Part shown: one piece after another, positions 38,601 to 50,100 of the stretch
Position numbering within the stretch: the first letter of the stretch is position 1
Layout: each line of letters opens with the position of its first letter
Origin: Convolutriloba macropyga
Lineage: Eukaryota
Reading direction: 5' to 3'
Length of the DNA: 64,000 nt
Assembly (NCBI RefSeq): GCF_964194025.1
Contig: NC_134480.1
Span: 16,058,001-16,122,000, forward strand
The notes under the pieces: generated by a model
What the model was told of the DNA's origin: nothing
The model's input: only the letters and a program-made list of their open reading frames with translations
The model's database searches: none
Made by a program: the position numbers and the translations under genes

Positions 38601-41600
38601 ACCCCTGACTGATGTTAATATGACATTGAGAGTATATCCAGTTTCTGATACTGAGATAAGTGCAATTATTGATTCACTTCCGGACAAATCTTCATCCGGT
38701 GAAGATGAGATTAGTAATATTGTAGTGAAGACAACAAAATCTGTTGTCACGAAATACCTCACATCGTTAATTAATCAATCATTTCGTGAAGGAGTTTTTC
38801 CCACTGAGCTCAAAAAAGCAAAAGTCATTCCATTGCATAAAGAGGGATCAAGACTAGAAGAGAACAATTATAGGCCAATTTCTCTGTTAAATGTTTGGAG
38901 TAAAATATACGAGCGGGCAATGTTCTCTAGAATTTACGAATACCTGGAACATTTTGATCTTCTCTATCGCAAGCAATTTGGTTTTCGCAAAAAGCATTCC
39001 ACCATAGATGCATTGGCAGAATTAACTGAAAGAATAAGAGTAAGCCAATTCAAAGTTGTCAACTTTTTTCTGGATCTACAGAAGGCATTTGATACACTAG
39101 ATCATCAAATATTGCTCCGTAAGCTCGAAAGTTATGGTATTCGTCATAAGTGCCTAGAATGGTGTAAAAGCTATTTATCTAATAGAACTCAGAGAGTTTT
39201 CTTGGCCGGTGTGACATCAACTTCGTTAAATATAACTTGTGGTGTCCCTCAGGGCTCCATACTTGGACCACTGTTGTTCTTAATTTATATAAACGATTTA
39301 CCAAGAGTGTGTAATCAACTTAGTGTCCATCTTTTTGCTGACGACACCAACCTTTGCAGTTTAGGTTGCTCAAGAATAGCTATCCAAGATGACTTAGATA
39401 GTGTAGCCGCTTGGTTAAATGCAAATAAACTTAAGCTCAATATGCTAAAAACGGTTCAATTAAATTTAAAAACAAGTGCTTCCAGTGAGCGATTCCACAT
39501 CGCATCAGAAGAAATTAAATTGGAACCATCATGTAAATATTTAGGCATAATAGTTGATTCAAAGTTGTTGTTTAGCTCTCATATAGATCTTGTCATAGGA
39601 AAACTTAGTAGGCAATGTGGTATAATATCAAAATTAAGACACCTCGCTCCAAGGTACCAGTTAATAGAATATTACAAAAGTATCATATGTCCTATCATAC
39701 AATATGGAATTTTGGTGTATGGATGCTCTAGCTTCACGTCTTTAGCTCCAATCCATCTGCTACAGAAGAAAATTCTTAAATTAATTTACTTTAAGAGTCG
39801 GTTCGATCAAAGCGAAGATCTATTCTGTGCAAACAAAATTCTAACAGTTTTTGAATTACATGTATATGAGCTGCTTAAGTTTGTTTTAAAATCGATTAAC
39901 AGTTTCCATGCCGAAGACTATCTAAACAGTATGTTTCAGTTTGAAAGACATTTTTTAACGACAAGACGAGCAAAACACATGTTACTAAAAGTGCCGTTAT
40001 GCAGATCTAAATTGGAGCAAAATTCGATAAGTCGTCGGGCTTCAACATTATTCAATGTTTTGAAAATTCAAGGACTCTTGCATGACTCTATCGGGAGCTC
40101 AACCTATAGCCAAATATCAAGGACCTATCATAATTTAAAAGAATCTTATATTCTTGGAAATGAGGAACTCATTCGAAAAGTGTTTTTCTGCTAAATTTCC
40201 AGAACCCTGTAATTCTAGATGCTTTCTTTACAAAATAACAAAAATCTATGCAAAAAATGTTCGTAGAAGGCACCGCGATTCGTTTTTTGCTGTCAAAATT
40301 TGATTTTTCTAAATTCTAAAGATAGTTTTTAACAATGTTTCTTCAATTCGAGTCTTTTTTATATAAAGAACTTATTTTTCTCTTCTTTATTTCAAAGTTG
40401 GCGAAGTCTGGATGCTCGCTTGTGCATGCAAAAATATGCCATAGAAGAGGGCATCCAGTAGTGAATTGTTCAAAGTTACCTTTTAAGTTCTGTGTTAAGT
40501 TTTTGAATCATTGTTAAGAAATGAAAAAGAAAAAAAATTTTTTTGAAAAATGTTAATAAGTTTATCATCTATGTTGTATACATCTGGGCACGCTGTGAAG
40601 TAGGTCAAACGACCTCGTTGCGTGTCCTTTCCTTGCTTGAAGATAAATAATACTATGCTGATCGTTCTGCTGTACTTTGCTATTCTATTGTAAACTTCGT
40701 TGTTTTTTTTTCTACTAAATCTATGCTGTTCTGTATTTATACTATACAAGCAAGGATAAATTAACTCTCTCTCTCTCTCTCATCATTTCACGAAGGACAT
40801 GGATAGTCATAAAAAGCGATATTAAAGCAATAGCGCAATAACTGCATCTATTTTTTGCTTCACGACACTAGCTTTAACTGTGTAACCAACTCGCAATATG
40901 AACCACCTTAAGCAAGAATTATGTCTTTTTGCTAGCTTCCATCCGCTATTCCTACAACTCGATGGATTCCATGATCAAAGCCGACAGACCTGACCTGGTT
41001 CTGGCCGAGTGCTTCGGAGTGGGGGCCGCAACTGCAGCTGAAGCAAATGATGTGCCCTTTGCTTACATCTGGACACCCGCCCTACCCCACATTTCAACCT
41101 GGCGGAAAGGTCACAACCTCACCATTGGCAAGTTTACTTTCAAAATCAGTTTCTTGATCGATTATTCTGGTACTGATGTCCCGAGGTAATAGCAAGAAAA
41201 TGCTAAACGGCTCGAAACAATTTATTTCAGTTTAACAAAGCAAAAGGCATTTTTTGAATAGAACAAGAAATTTTGTAAAGAGATTACATTGCAGTTACGA
41301 CGAACAGTGCTGAGATCATAAGCGCAAAAAAAGTTTGCAAAACAATAAAATGAAATTGATCAAAAGGGCGCCAAATTATTTTTGCAGCTTCGTAAAGATC
41401 AGCTCAACATACCAACAAGTGTGAAAGCACGGTGCTTGCTAGATTGGCCCTATCATCTTCGGGATTATTACAAGCACATAAATAACACTTCAGCCATAGT
41501 TCCTATGCATATGGTTGATTAAATTGTGAAATTACTTCAAATATACCCATCTAACACCAATTAGTCTTTTACAGATCCCGCTTACTATCATTGTAATCTA

Positions 41601-44600
41601 GATTAACTGACCAAAAAGTGTGATAACACGATTGTGAATGTGGTTCTGATTAGGCCTGACGATGGACTACGTTCCGAATGAGGAGCGACCAGACTGGTAC
41701 TTCAAACTGCACACATATCTCTTCCACAGTATCTACATCTCATATATCAACATATTCGGGGAGCAGGCCATTGATGAGCTCAGAGCTATCAGGGAGGGAC
41801 TAGGACTGGGCATGTTTGACAACTTTGAACACGCTGTTAACAGTTTCCCAAGCATATCACTAGCAGGTATCTCTTTTGTATTCTGCCGAGCAGACTCAGC
41901 AAGCGCATGGGGGTCAAGGTGGCATTGAAGTTATTTCCATAAAAGTCTTAGTGCCAGTGAAGTCTGTTATTAAATCAACATCAACCAAAAACCTAGAATT
42001 GATATTTGCCCTCCTCCCCCCCCCCCCAAAAAAAAAGGTCAGGAATCATATATTAATTATAAGGGCGCCTCTGGACTCTTATTTCAGCTGAAAAAAACCT
42101 TTATCATGGCAAAAAAAAACCATTAGCTTGTTCACAGAGAGCGATGAAAACAAAATTTTGTTCAAGCTCGAAAAGGGAACACAAAAAAAACGTTTTCATG
42201 AACCCAAGTAAGCAAGCAAATACCTTGTATTTCAATTGTCACAGCGAATGCAAATATGAGATACTACAATAGCAATAGAGATACAAAATAGTTATCATAT
42301 GGTTGTAAAAAGATTAATTTGTACAGGAAGGAATTTCTTCCCCATTTTAGGACAACCAATGACCCAAATGACAGACACGCCTCCCCACCTGATGGTTGCC
42401 GGGATCCTCCCGCTCCCACCTGACACTTCAGTAGTCTCAGAAGACATCAACACCTTCCTCGCCAACAGCGACAAACCCATTCTTTACGTCGCACTCGGAA
42501 CCTTCTTCGCTTACTCGGACAAACTTTTCTCGGAAATCAAAGAAGTTCTGGAGAACCAGGATAAGTTCAATGTCCTGTGGTCGCACAAATTCTATGATGA
42601 TTCGAAGTTCCCAGTTAAAAACGGGAACCAAATGATAATCAAGAAGCGAATGCCTCAGAGGCACATTTTGAAACATGAAAAAGTGTAAGTAATTCACTGT
42701 TAGCTCTACGCGGCAGCTCTCCTACTCTTAATTAATACTGCTCTAATGTGTGGAAGTTGACGACAAAGGACAAAAGACGTTGTATAATTACTAATTAGGA
42801 ACATAAACAGACTAGCGTCGGATGAATTGCTTTCGAACAACAGGCTAGAAAATCAAAAACACACACAAACAACTTCGGTTGAGAGCAATTAATCCCCTTT
42901 TACATGTATTGAGATAGGTTCTGTAGAATTTATGGGGTAAAATAGACCAAAAGACCTCAGACTACCAGATGGATAGGTTACATAATGCAAACGGTTACAA
43001 CATCGAAATGATAACTTCCTTAGCAAACGATAGTTAAACAAGCATGAGGAAAGTTTGAGAAAGAAAATTTTATGAACACGACAACTGACTGAAACTTGCT
43101 AATTCTTTGCTTCAAAAAATACCTCCCACCATAGATGTGGCCGATAACTTACTCAGAGAGATTAAACTGTTCAAATTGAAAACATAACCGACTAACGTCG
43201 GGCGAATTTCTCTCGAACAACAGGTGAGCGGTTGGCTTTGTCAGTAGCTAGCCACGGTTTAGTGAGCCTATCTTTGGCTTGATTCGACTCTGCAACTTTG
43301 TTTTCTAGCATTGTTATTAAATAAATCAAATAAAAAACTGATATTTTAAAATTTGCAAAACTAAAAAAGAAAAGCTTCCATACTTCGCAGTTCCGAACGA
43401 TTTTTATTCTCTGGAGTTATGCCAAGTAACCCATCTGCAAGACTTGAAAAACTTCGTCGGCCACTAATGATCGTTAAACTAAAGAACAAAATTATGCAAA
43501 AACTTCGAAAATAGCAAATTTTAACAAATCTTGCTAAAATTCAAAAAATTAAAATCTTCAAAACCATCTCATTGTCTCAAGAGACTATCCAGTATATCCC
43601 TATTCTCAGCTTTAAAGAGTTTCACCGGCTCAAGAAGATCCATAAACTTGGAACAACAATTTTCCAAAAATTTGAAAATTGAATTTTATCAAAAAGTGAT
43701 AAAGCTGGAGTCAATAAAATATGATAACCATTCCATTAACTCTAGAAACTATGCAAGAGATTATCATCAAGCCTTGAGGAGGTCCCTAGGACCCTGGTGC
43801 CGGAAAGAAAAGATAAAAAAGTTCGAAAACATTAAAGTACTTGAAAAATTGCAAATATTTTTTTAAAAATAGCTGAAATTAAAATCTTGAAAAACATTCC
43901 ATTATATCTAAAAGCTATGCAGATACCTATAATCAAACCCTAGAAGAGGCTACGTTGTTTTGAGGCTGGAGAATCCTAAAAACCGACAAAATTTTCAAAA
44001 AACTTGAAAAAATGCAAGTTTTATAAAAAAGAGTGATAAAATTTGTCATATTAAAAAATTGAAAGCTATTCCATGGGGCAAAAAAATTTTTTCAGTAATT
44101 TATTATTAAACCTTATGGACGTTTTTTTTTGCCCCGGCGTCTGGAAAGACGTGGTTAAAGAAAAATGAATGTCAAAAAATGAAAAATTTCCATTACATTT
44201 AGAAAAAATACAGTAACCTATTTTCGAACGCTAGAGGAAGTTTCTTGTCTCTTGAGGCTGGAGAAACCTAAAAACCGACGAAAAATTTCAAAAAACTTGA
44301 AAAAACAAGTTTTATCAAAAAATTTGATAAAAATTGTAATAGTAAAAAACTGAAAGCTACTCTGTGGCAAATTAAACTTTTTCAGTAACTTATTATCAAA
44401 CGCTTAAGGACATTTTCTGGCCCCTGCGTCTGGCGGATAATGAAGAATAAATGCACCGTGGGCCGGGGGCTGATGGGGAAGGAGGGGGCATCAGTGGGTG
44501 GTGGGCAGCAGCGTGGTGGGGGACGGTGGGGGCAATAGTGGGGGGGGGGTCAACAGTCGGGGTGTCTTCAACCTTTAAGAACCGCCCTTCACACCATAAG

Positions 44601-46597
44601 TATAAGTCTCCAAAACAGTTTGAGCTCAAACAGAGCTGAAAGGCTCTAAGAGCACTTTATGCCAGCTGGGTGCTACCTGTTCATCCCGTTTTTGAGGACG
44701 AAAAGTCAAAAGCAACAGACGAAAAATCGGTCAAGCGAAAATTGCATTAGTAAAATATAGCCGGTAGAAAAGCGGAAACGACTCGAACCGTCGTGCAAAA
44801 AAATCTCTAACCTAACTTGGACAAAGTCAGAACATCGAAGAAACACTAGAAATAACAAAAATAGTAGACCAATATAAAAAAAAAGGTGTAGGTAAGTTGG
44901 GGGGGGGGGGTTAGGTACGTGGGGGGGGGGGGGGGGGGGGGGTTAGTTATTCTCGGGGGAGGGTAGGTAGTTAAATGGGATCAAATTTTCTCAAAATGAC
45001 TTCTTCACCTTGAATTACAGACTGTTTTTAATTGCTATACATTACAAACTAAGCTATTGTTAAAGTCCAATGTTCGAAAACAGAAGTCAACAATCAAAAA
45101 CGGAGGTGAAGACTCGAATAGAAAGAAGTAAAAATTCAAGTCATGAACAAACTTGCTTTCTGCTTAATAAAACATAGCCGGTAAAATACCGGAAACGACT
45201 CGGATCGTCGTGCATTATAATCTCTAACCTAACCTTACCAAAATCAGAACATCAAAATAGACAAGAGAAAAAAACAAAAGAAGCCCAACAAACCACATTA
45301 AAGTGTTTTTAAAATGCCGACAATTTTTTAGGTGCGGGTGGGAGCTGGTGAAGGGGGGGGGGGGTAGGTATGTGGGTGCGTGGGTAGATAGGTTGGGGTG
45401 GGGGGGTGTAGATAGGTGGAGGGGGTAGATAGGTGGTGGAGGGGGGGGGTTGTGCGGTGTAGTTTAGATTATTAGGGGTGACTTATCTGGGAACAAAAAT
45501 ACAAAAATCTCAAAATGACCTTTTCACCTTGAACATTATCAGCAGTTCCTCATCACTATACATTACAAACGAAGCTACTGTTAAAGTCAAATGGTCGAAA
45601 ACAGAAGTCAACAATCAAACACGGAGGTAAATGCTCGAACAGAAAGAAGTCAAAATTCAAGTCATGAACAAACTTGTTTTCTGCTAAAAAAACCTGTAGA
45701 ATATCAATACTCTTCTTCGAGTCGTAAAAACCTGTAGAATATCAATACTCCTCTTCGAGTCGTAAAAACCTGTAGAATATCAATACTCCTCTTCGAGTCG
45801 TAAAAACCTGTAGAATATCAATACTCCTCTTCGAGTCGTAAAAACCTGTAGAATATCAATACTCCTCTTCGAGTCGTAAAAAAAGACCGACAGGACTAAT
45901 GTAATTGCTACAAACTTCGTTTGAGAGCAATTAATTAACATTTGTGTAATAAGTTCTTGATTATTCTTATTAAATTGTAATAATTAAGGGCAAATTTGAA
46001 GCGGGTCACTTGACCGCGTCTATTTGTTCTCTCCAAAATCAATGTTATAAAGCCAAAAGAATTCTTCGATTTTATCTCCGAGAAATTAATTCTTCCTTCC
46101 CTCCTTTTAGGAAAGTTTTCTTCACCCATTGTGGAATGAGTTCCACAACAGAAGGAGTGACAGCCGGAGTTGCATTCATAACCTCCCCTCAAGGAAGAGA
46201 CCAATTCTACATTGAAGACCTCATGCGACGTGCAAACATGAGCATTCCTCTCGGAAAGTTCCCCACCAGCCAATCGGTCTCGGCTGCAGTCGAAAAAGTC
46301 TATGACAACCTTGAGTTCTACACTAGTAATGTCAAGAAGGCGTATCAAAAGCTACGAGTTGGTTCCGAAGAAAAGCTTGAACAATTTATTGACAGTTTGA
46401 TACGGAAGCGGCATTCGACTAGGTTTGACCTGGAGTACAGCAACTTCTGGTCGTATAATCAAGCTATGACATTTATCGGAGGACTGCTTCTACTGATCTT
46501 AGGCACTTTTGCGTCGATGGTCGTCATCGCTATTCTAGTTGTGAAGAGCTTGCTCTTCGCGTTATTTAGATTGAATAAGAAACAAAAGGTCAATTAA
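32689..46597 (+). CDS. UDP-glycosyltransferase (GT1, animal UGT type), ~698 aa. Exons: 32689..33535, 40936..41127 (or ..41109), 41654..41866, 42327..42684, 46111..46597
   Basis: Signal peptide MKSFSWIGISFLLLLLFQLLLVQT; RPDLVLAECFG; ILYVALGT; UGT signature split over exons 4/5 (MPQRHILKHEKV|KVFFTHCGMSSTTEGVTAGVAFITSPQGRDQ); C-terminal TM helix and KKQKVN tail. Splice phases 1,1,1,2 are consistent and the CDS totals 2097 nt. AATAAA at ~46629. Confidence 0.9.
36409..37327 (+). CDS. LINE ORF1 protein (coiled coil + RRM-like region), frameshifted near 37195
   Basis: ENYTRRDNIRISGVQE, DISTAHRLPG, IIARFARR, IFEDISPAR and AWTREGTIF are typical LINE ORF1p motifs. The C-terminus continues in the 37142..37327 frame (KVYRVFDL). 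Confidence 0.85.
37260..40194 (+). CDS. LINE ORF2: apurinic-like endonuclease + reverse transcriptase, frameshifted near 37565
   Basis: LNLNVRSL, ILCLTETWL, GGGI, ICGDINID, CLDHF, SDHFPV (APE); NYRPISLL, FLDLQKAFDTLDH, GVPQGSILGPLLFLIYINDL, FADDT, KYLGI (RT). Confidence 0.95.
42805..42892 (-). mobile_element. HINE-like family A, minimal 88-bp copy (both termini only)
   Basis: cagactagcgtcggatgaattgctttcgaac ... aacttcggttgagagcaattaa. Confidence 0.75.
44752..45877 (-). mobile_element. HINE-like family B, nested in family A; duplicated 3' module and five copies of the 5' terminus
   Basis: Hairpin ccggt-aaaat-accgg plus acgactcg(a/g)a at ~44761 and ~45178; inverted partner ttcgagtcgt ends each 38-bp unit. 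Confidence 0.75.
45688..45877. repeat. 38-bp minisatellite x5 (aaaaacctgtagaatatcaatactcctcttcgagtcgt)
   Basis: Five head-to-tail units with one substitution in unit 1 and no spacers. Confidence 0.97.
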
Positions 46598-47053
46598 ATA
46601 TGCTTCGAAATTTAACAAAACAGCTTATAATAAAGTTTGATTTATAATTTGTGTATAATCACTATTTTTGAGCTATAAATATACGTACACGTCATTTGAA
46701 GAAATTTTTAGCTCCAAGGGACAATTTTTGAAGGCAAAGTCACCAACGAGTCCACAGCCTGTTTGGTTGATGACAACTAAACGAGTTCTTAAAGATAATC
46801 TGTTGCGTAAGTAAGAACCCAAAGAGAGCTGTTCTAAAGCGCACTAGGTCGTAAGAGTTGAAACACTGAGCAAAGAGTGACTCAAAAAATGAACTCGTCA
46901 GATAAAAATTGACATCACAAGACCAGTACGATTCAAATAATTTGCTCTCCAAATTTATTTGAGAGCGATAAAACAATACATCAGATATCAAAAACCTTTC
47001 ATGGAATAGCAGATTAGGTTGTATCATTAGCAATGTCGTGATTTTGTATTTGC

Positions 47054-47147
47054 CTACTTTAGCTTCTTCATCAACTGTCTATACTTGAAGTTCACATTCA
47101 GTTGGCAATCTGGACAGGGAAACTCTTTGTTATAAAATGGATCGTAC
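47054..47147 (-). CDS. JmjC gene terminal exon (absent from the ORF track)
   Basis: tttag|G-YDPFYNKEFPCPDCQLNVNFKYRQLMKKLK*; completes the split Trp codon from exon 4. AATAAA on the minus strand near 46954. Confidence 0.85.
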
Positions 47148-50100
47148 CTAAACAGGGAGCAATGATAAAAGATCACACAGAAAGATCTGACCATGTAATT
47201 AAAGCGCTTAACACTAACTACGGTTAGCATAACAACAAATTAGCTAACACAAAGACCTAATACCAGTAATGAAGATCAAGTATTTTACAATACCTTTTTG
47301 AATCTGAGAAAAATAAATTAATCAATCTTGTTGCATTTAAGTATGCCGTTCACAGTTCAGCTTCATTAGAAGGATCTCAAAACGGACCTGACAAAATCAA
47401 ACAAAGAAGATCTCTTCATATAATTGTTATTGTTCAAGTTTAGAGGGTATGAATAGCAATAGATTGTACTACTTCCTATTATCATAGGCACAAACATTTT
47501 TTAGCATAACCTGTCCGTCAATCTTAAGGAATCATTGGTTTTTTCGCAACTAATTGATTTTTAATTTTAGTGAAGGTGACCGTCCGCTGTAACAAAAAAA
47601 ACGAAAAAAATGTTAAAAACAAAATTAAATTAAAATAAAAATCACGAAGTATAGTAATACGTGATTTAGCGACTGTACAGTGAACCACAACCGAGCCTTC
47701 TCTCTGAAAGTTTTGTTTGGACAAACAGCGACTGTACGCTAAGACTGCCCACATTAAGAATGCACACTAAGAATGAAACCAGAAAATAGGTGACCAAAAA
47801 TCTATTACGAATCTCCTTCGATGAGAATTTCTCAAAAACAAGTTGTGTAAACAGAGCGCTTAGGGGAGATGAAAACTGACCACGCTGCTTTTCTTCCAGA
47901 ACATAGGATTACTAGGTGCGAACTTCGATTATCTTATTACAAGAGGCTAACAAATTATCACATTTATTGGCATTAACAGAAATTTGGTTGAGAGATCATT
48001 TGATTAATCATTCATTTGCAACGAAAATTTTCCAAGCATTGCAGCATGCAATCGTCGAAACAAGCGTGGCGAAGACGTAGCTATGCTTGCAACCAAAGAG
48101 TATCAGTTAACAACAAATGAGATAAATATTGAAATCCGAACTTTAATTGCAAATTGTATCTCCAACAAACAGTCTTATAATAGCGATTGTGTACACGTCT
48201 TCACAAACAAATATAACAAAAATCCAGAACTGCCTTTTGGAATATCTCCTCATCGTAGAAACTATAGAACAATGATCTAGGCGGTGACTTAGATTTCTCA
48301 GAAAAATGAGAAAAACAAATATTTCAACAGAAATCAATTCCCCAAGCCTAAATCAAGGATCAAAGAGAAATGAGCCTGCCAGAGCAACAATTCGAAGCAA
48401 CCCAACTCTAAACGTCTTTTTCCCAAATATTGTTCAAAATGGGGCAAAAAATGTTCTAGAAACGAATGTATATCAGATCACGGAGTTCGTCTGATGAACA
48501 GGAAAACCAATGAAATAGAAAACAATCTCAATAGGCTCTCTAACATACTGGAGTTAAATCTTGAGCTATCAAAAAAAAATTGAAGCAACAAAACCCATTT
48601 TCTCTGTCTTGTCTTGCACAGCGGAGGTAGTATTTCACGATTTCGGAAAAAAGAGTACTCTGAATCTAATCACTCCAAAACAAAAACCTACTGGATAACC
48701 AACCAAGTCAAAAAAGCTTGTTAAAAGAAACAATATCTATGAAATAATTTTAGTCTAAAACAACTTATTTAAAAACAGTGCCACTAACAAAACAAAACCG
48801 TTATAAAAGTACGCCAGAATGTAATACTATGAGATAATGTTAGATAAATTGACTCTAATGGCAGACGGAGGAATATTTTTAGTCTGAAACAACTGAATAT
48901 AAAAACAATACCACTAACAACAAAAACATTAGTAAAAAACGCTAGATGTACTACAAAAAAATTTTGATAAATAAAATGAATATAAAGGCAGATGTAAGAA
49001 TATTTTTAGTCTAAAACAACTGAATATAAAAACAATACCACTTACTAAATAACAAAAACATTAGTAAGAAACTACAAACCGTAATACTATGAGAAAAAGG
49101 CAGATAAATAAAATGAATCTAATGCCGGAAGTTTCTATCGGTATCTGATACAAACATGCCGACCAAGTATCAACGAAAATTTTGAAGCACCAAACGTAAT
49201 TGATTCCATTTTTTGTGAACACATTTCCCACACTTGCTAGAGAAAACCAACATGATGGAAAACAATATATCGCGTGGTCTGTTATTATTCTAAGCCTATA
49301 TAATGATATACAGGTCTATACTATTCTAAGCCTATATAATGATATAAAATGATATACTGTCCGAAAGCAAGACACTTGTTGGAAAGAGTTCTGATTATAT
49401 GTGTTTAACTAACTATCTGCTGCGAACAATTAATCCCGTCAGAAGTCCATACCTCACAAACATTTATTAAAAAAAATCATAGATGAAACTGAGCATCCAA
49501 CGAGCTTGAAAGTATCAAAGTTTGTACCAATATTTGAAAAAGGAGAATAAACGGAGCCGAACAACTACATATCAATTTAATTGATACCAGGCTTTGGTAA
49601 ACTACTCAAAAAAATTATCGAAAGAAGCATGATGTCATTCTCGCCAAAGCGTAAAATCATCTCAAATAAAAAACAAGGCTTCTTGAGTAAGAGACGAACC
49701 ATTGATGTAAAACAGAAATGCTAGAAAACAATGAAACTAGAGGTTTTGATACTGCGAATCACAACACATTGCTACCCAAATGCTTTAAATATTGCTTGAG
49801 ATGCAAAACTGGACAACTACTCAAGTCTTATCTTGAAGATCGAGAAAAATTTGTTTGCTACAAAGGAGAGAATTGTTCGACAAAAAATATCTTTGGACTT
49901 CCAAAAAGATTAGTACTCGGACCACTTTTGTTCCTAAGGAATATAAACTATATTGCCGAAATATCTCGTTACAGTAAAATCTTAATATGCGGATGACACA
50001 GATATAATTGCTAAATATGAGCAAACGGAACATATAAATGATCTCCATGCAAATTCCATTTGGCTAGAGAGTAACAAATTGACAACTAATTTTAAAAAAA

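Larger units (their letters stand above)
36110..40780 (+). mobile_element. Near-intact non-LTR retrotransposon (CR1/L2 group) in UGT intron 1
   Basis: ORF1 plus APE-RT ORF2, each with one frameshift; ~570-bp 3' UTR ending in (CT)8 at 40765..40780. The 5' boundary is approximate. Confidence 0.93.
43185..45934 (-). mobile_element. HINE-like family A, long copy in UGT intron 4 with ~165-bp degenerate central repeats and a nested family B element
   Basis: Hairpin ccgac-taac-gtcgg plus sub-TIR at left; aattgctacaaacttcgtttgagagcaattaa at right; repeat units start near 43561, 43727, 43891, 44062, 44184 and 44353. Confidence 0.8.

Noticed and set aside
36547-38762. Minus-strand ORFs (36547, 36843, 37578, 38373, 38571)
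   Set aside because: Antisense shadows of LINE ORF1/ORF2 with no recognisable motifs.
45688-45877. 38-bp repeat x5 as a CRISPR array
   Set aside because: Units are contiguous with no unique spacers, there are no cas genes, and the array lies in a eukaryotic intron; it is an amplified element terminus.
46598-47053. Overlapping antisense 3' UTRs of the convergent UGT and JmjC genes
   Set aside because: Each gene has its own AATAAA near its stop (~46629 plus, ~46954 minus), so overlap is not required and cannot be shown without transcripts.
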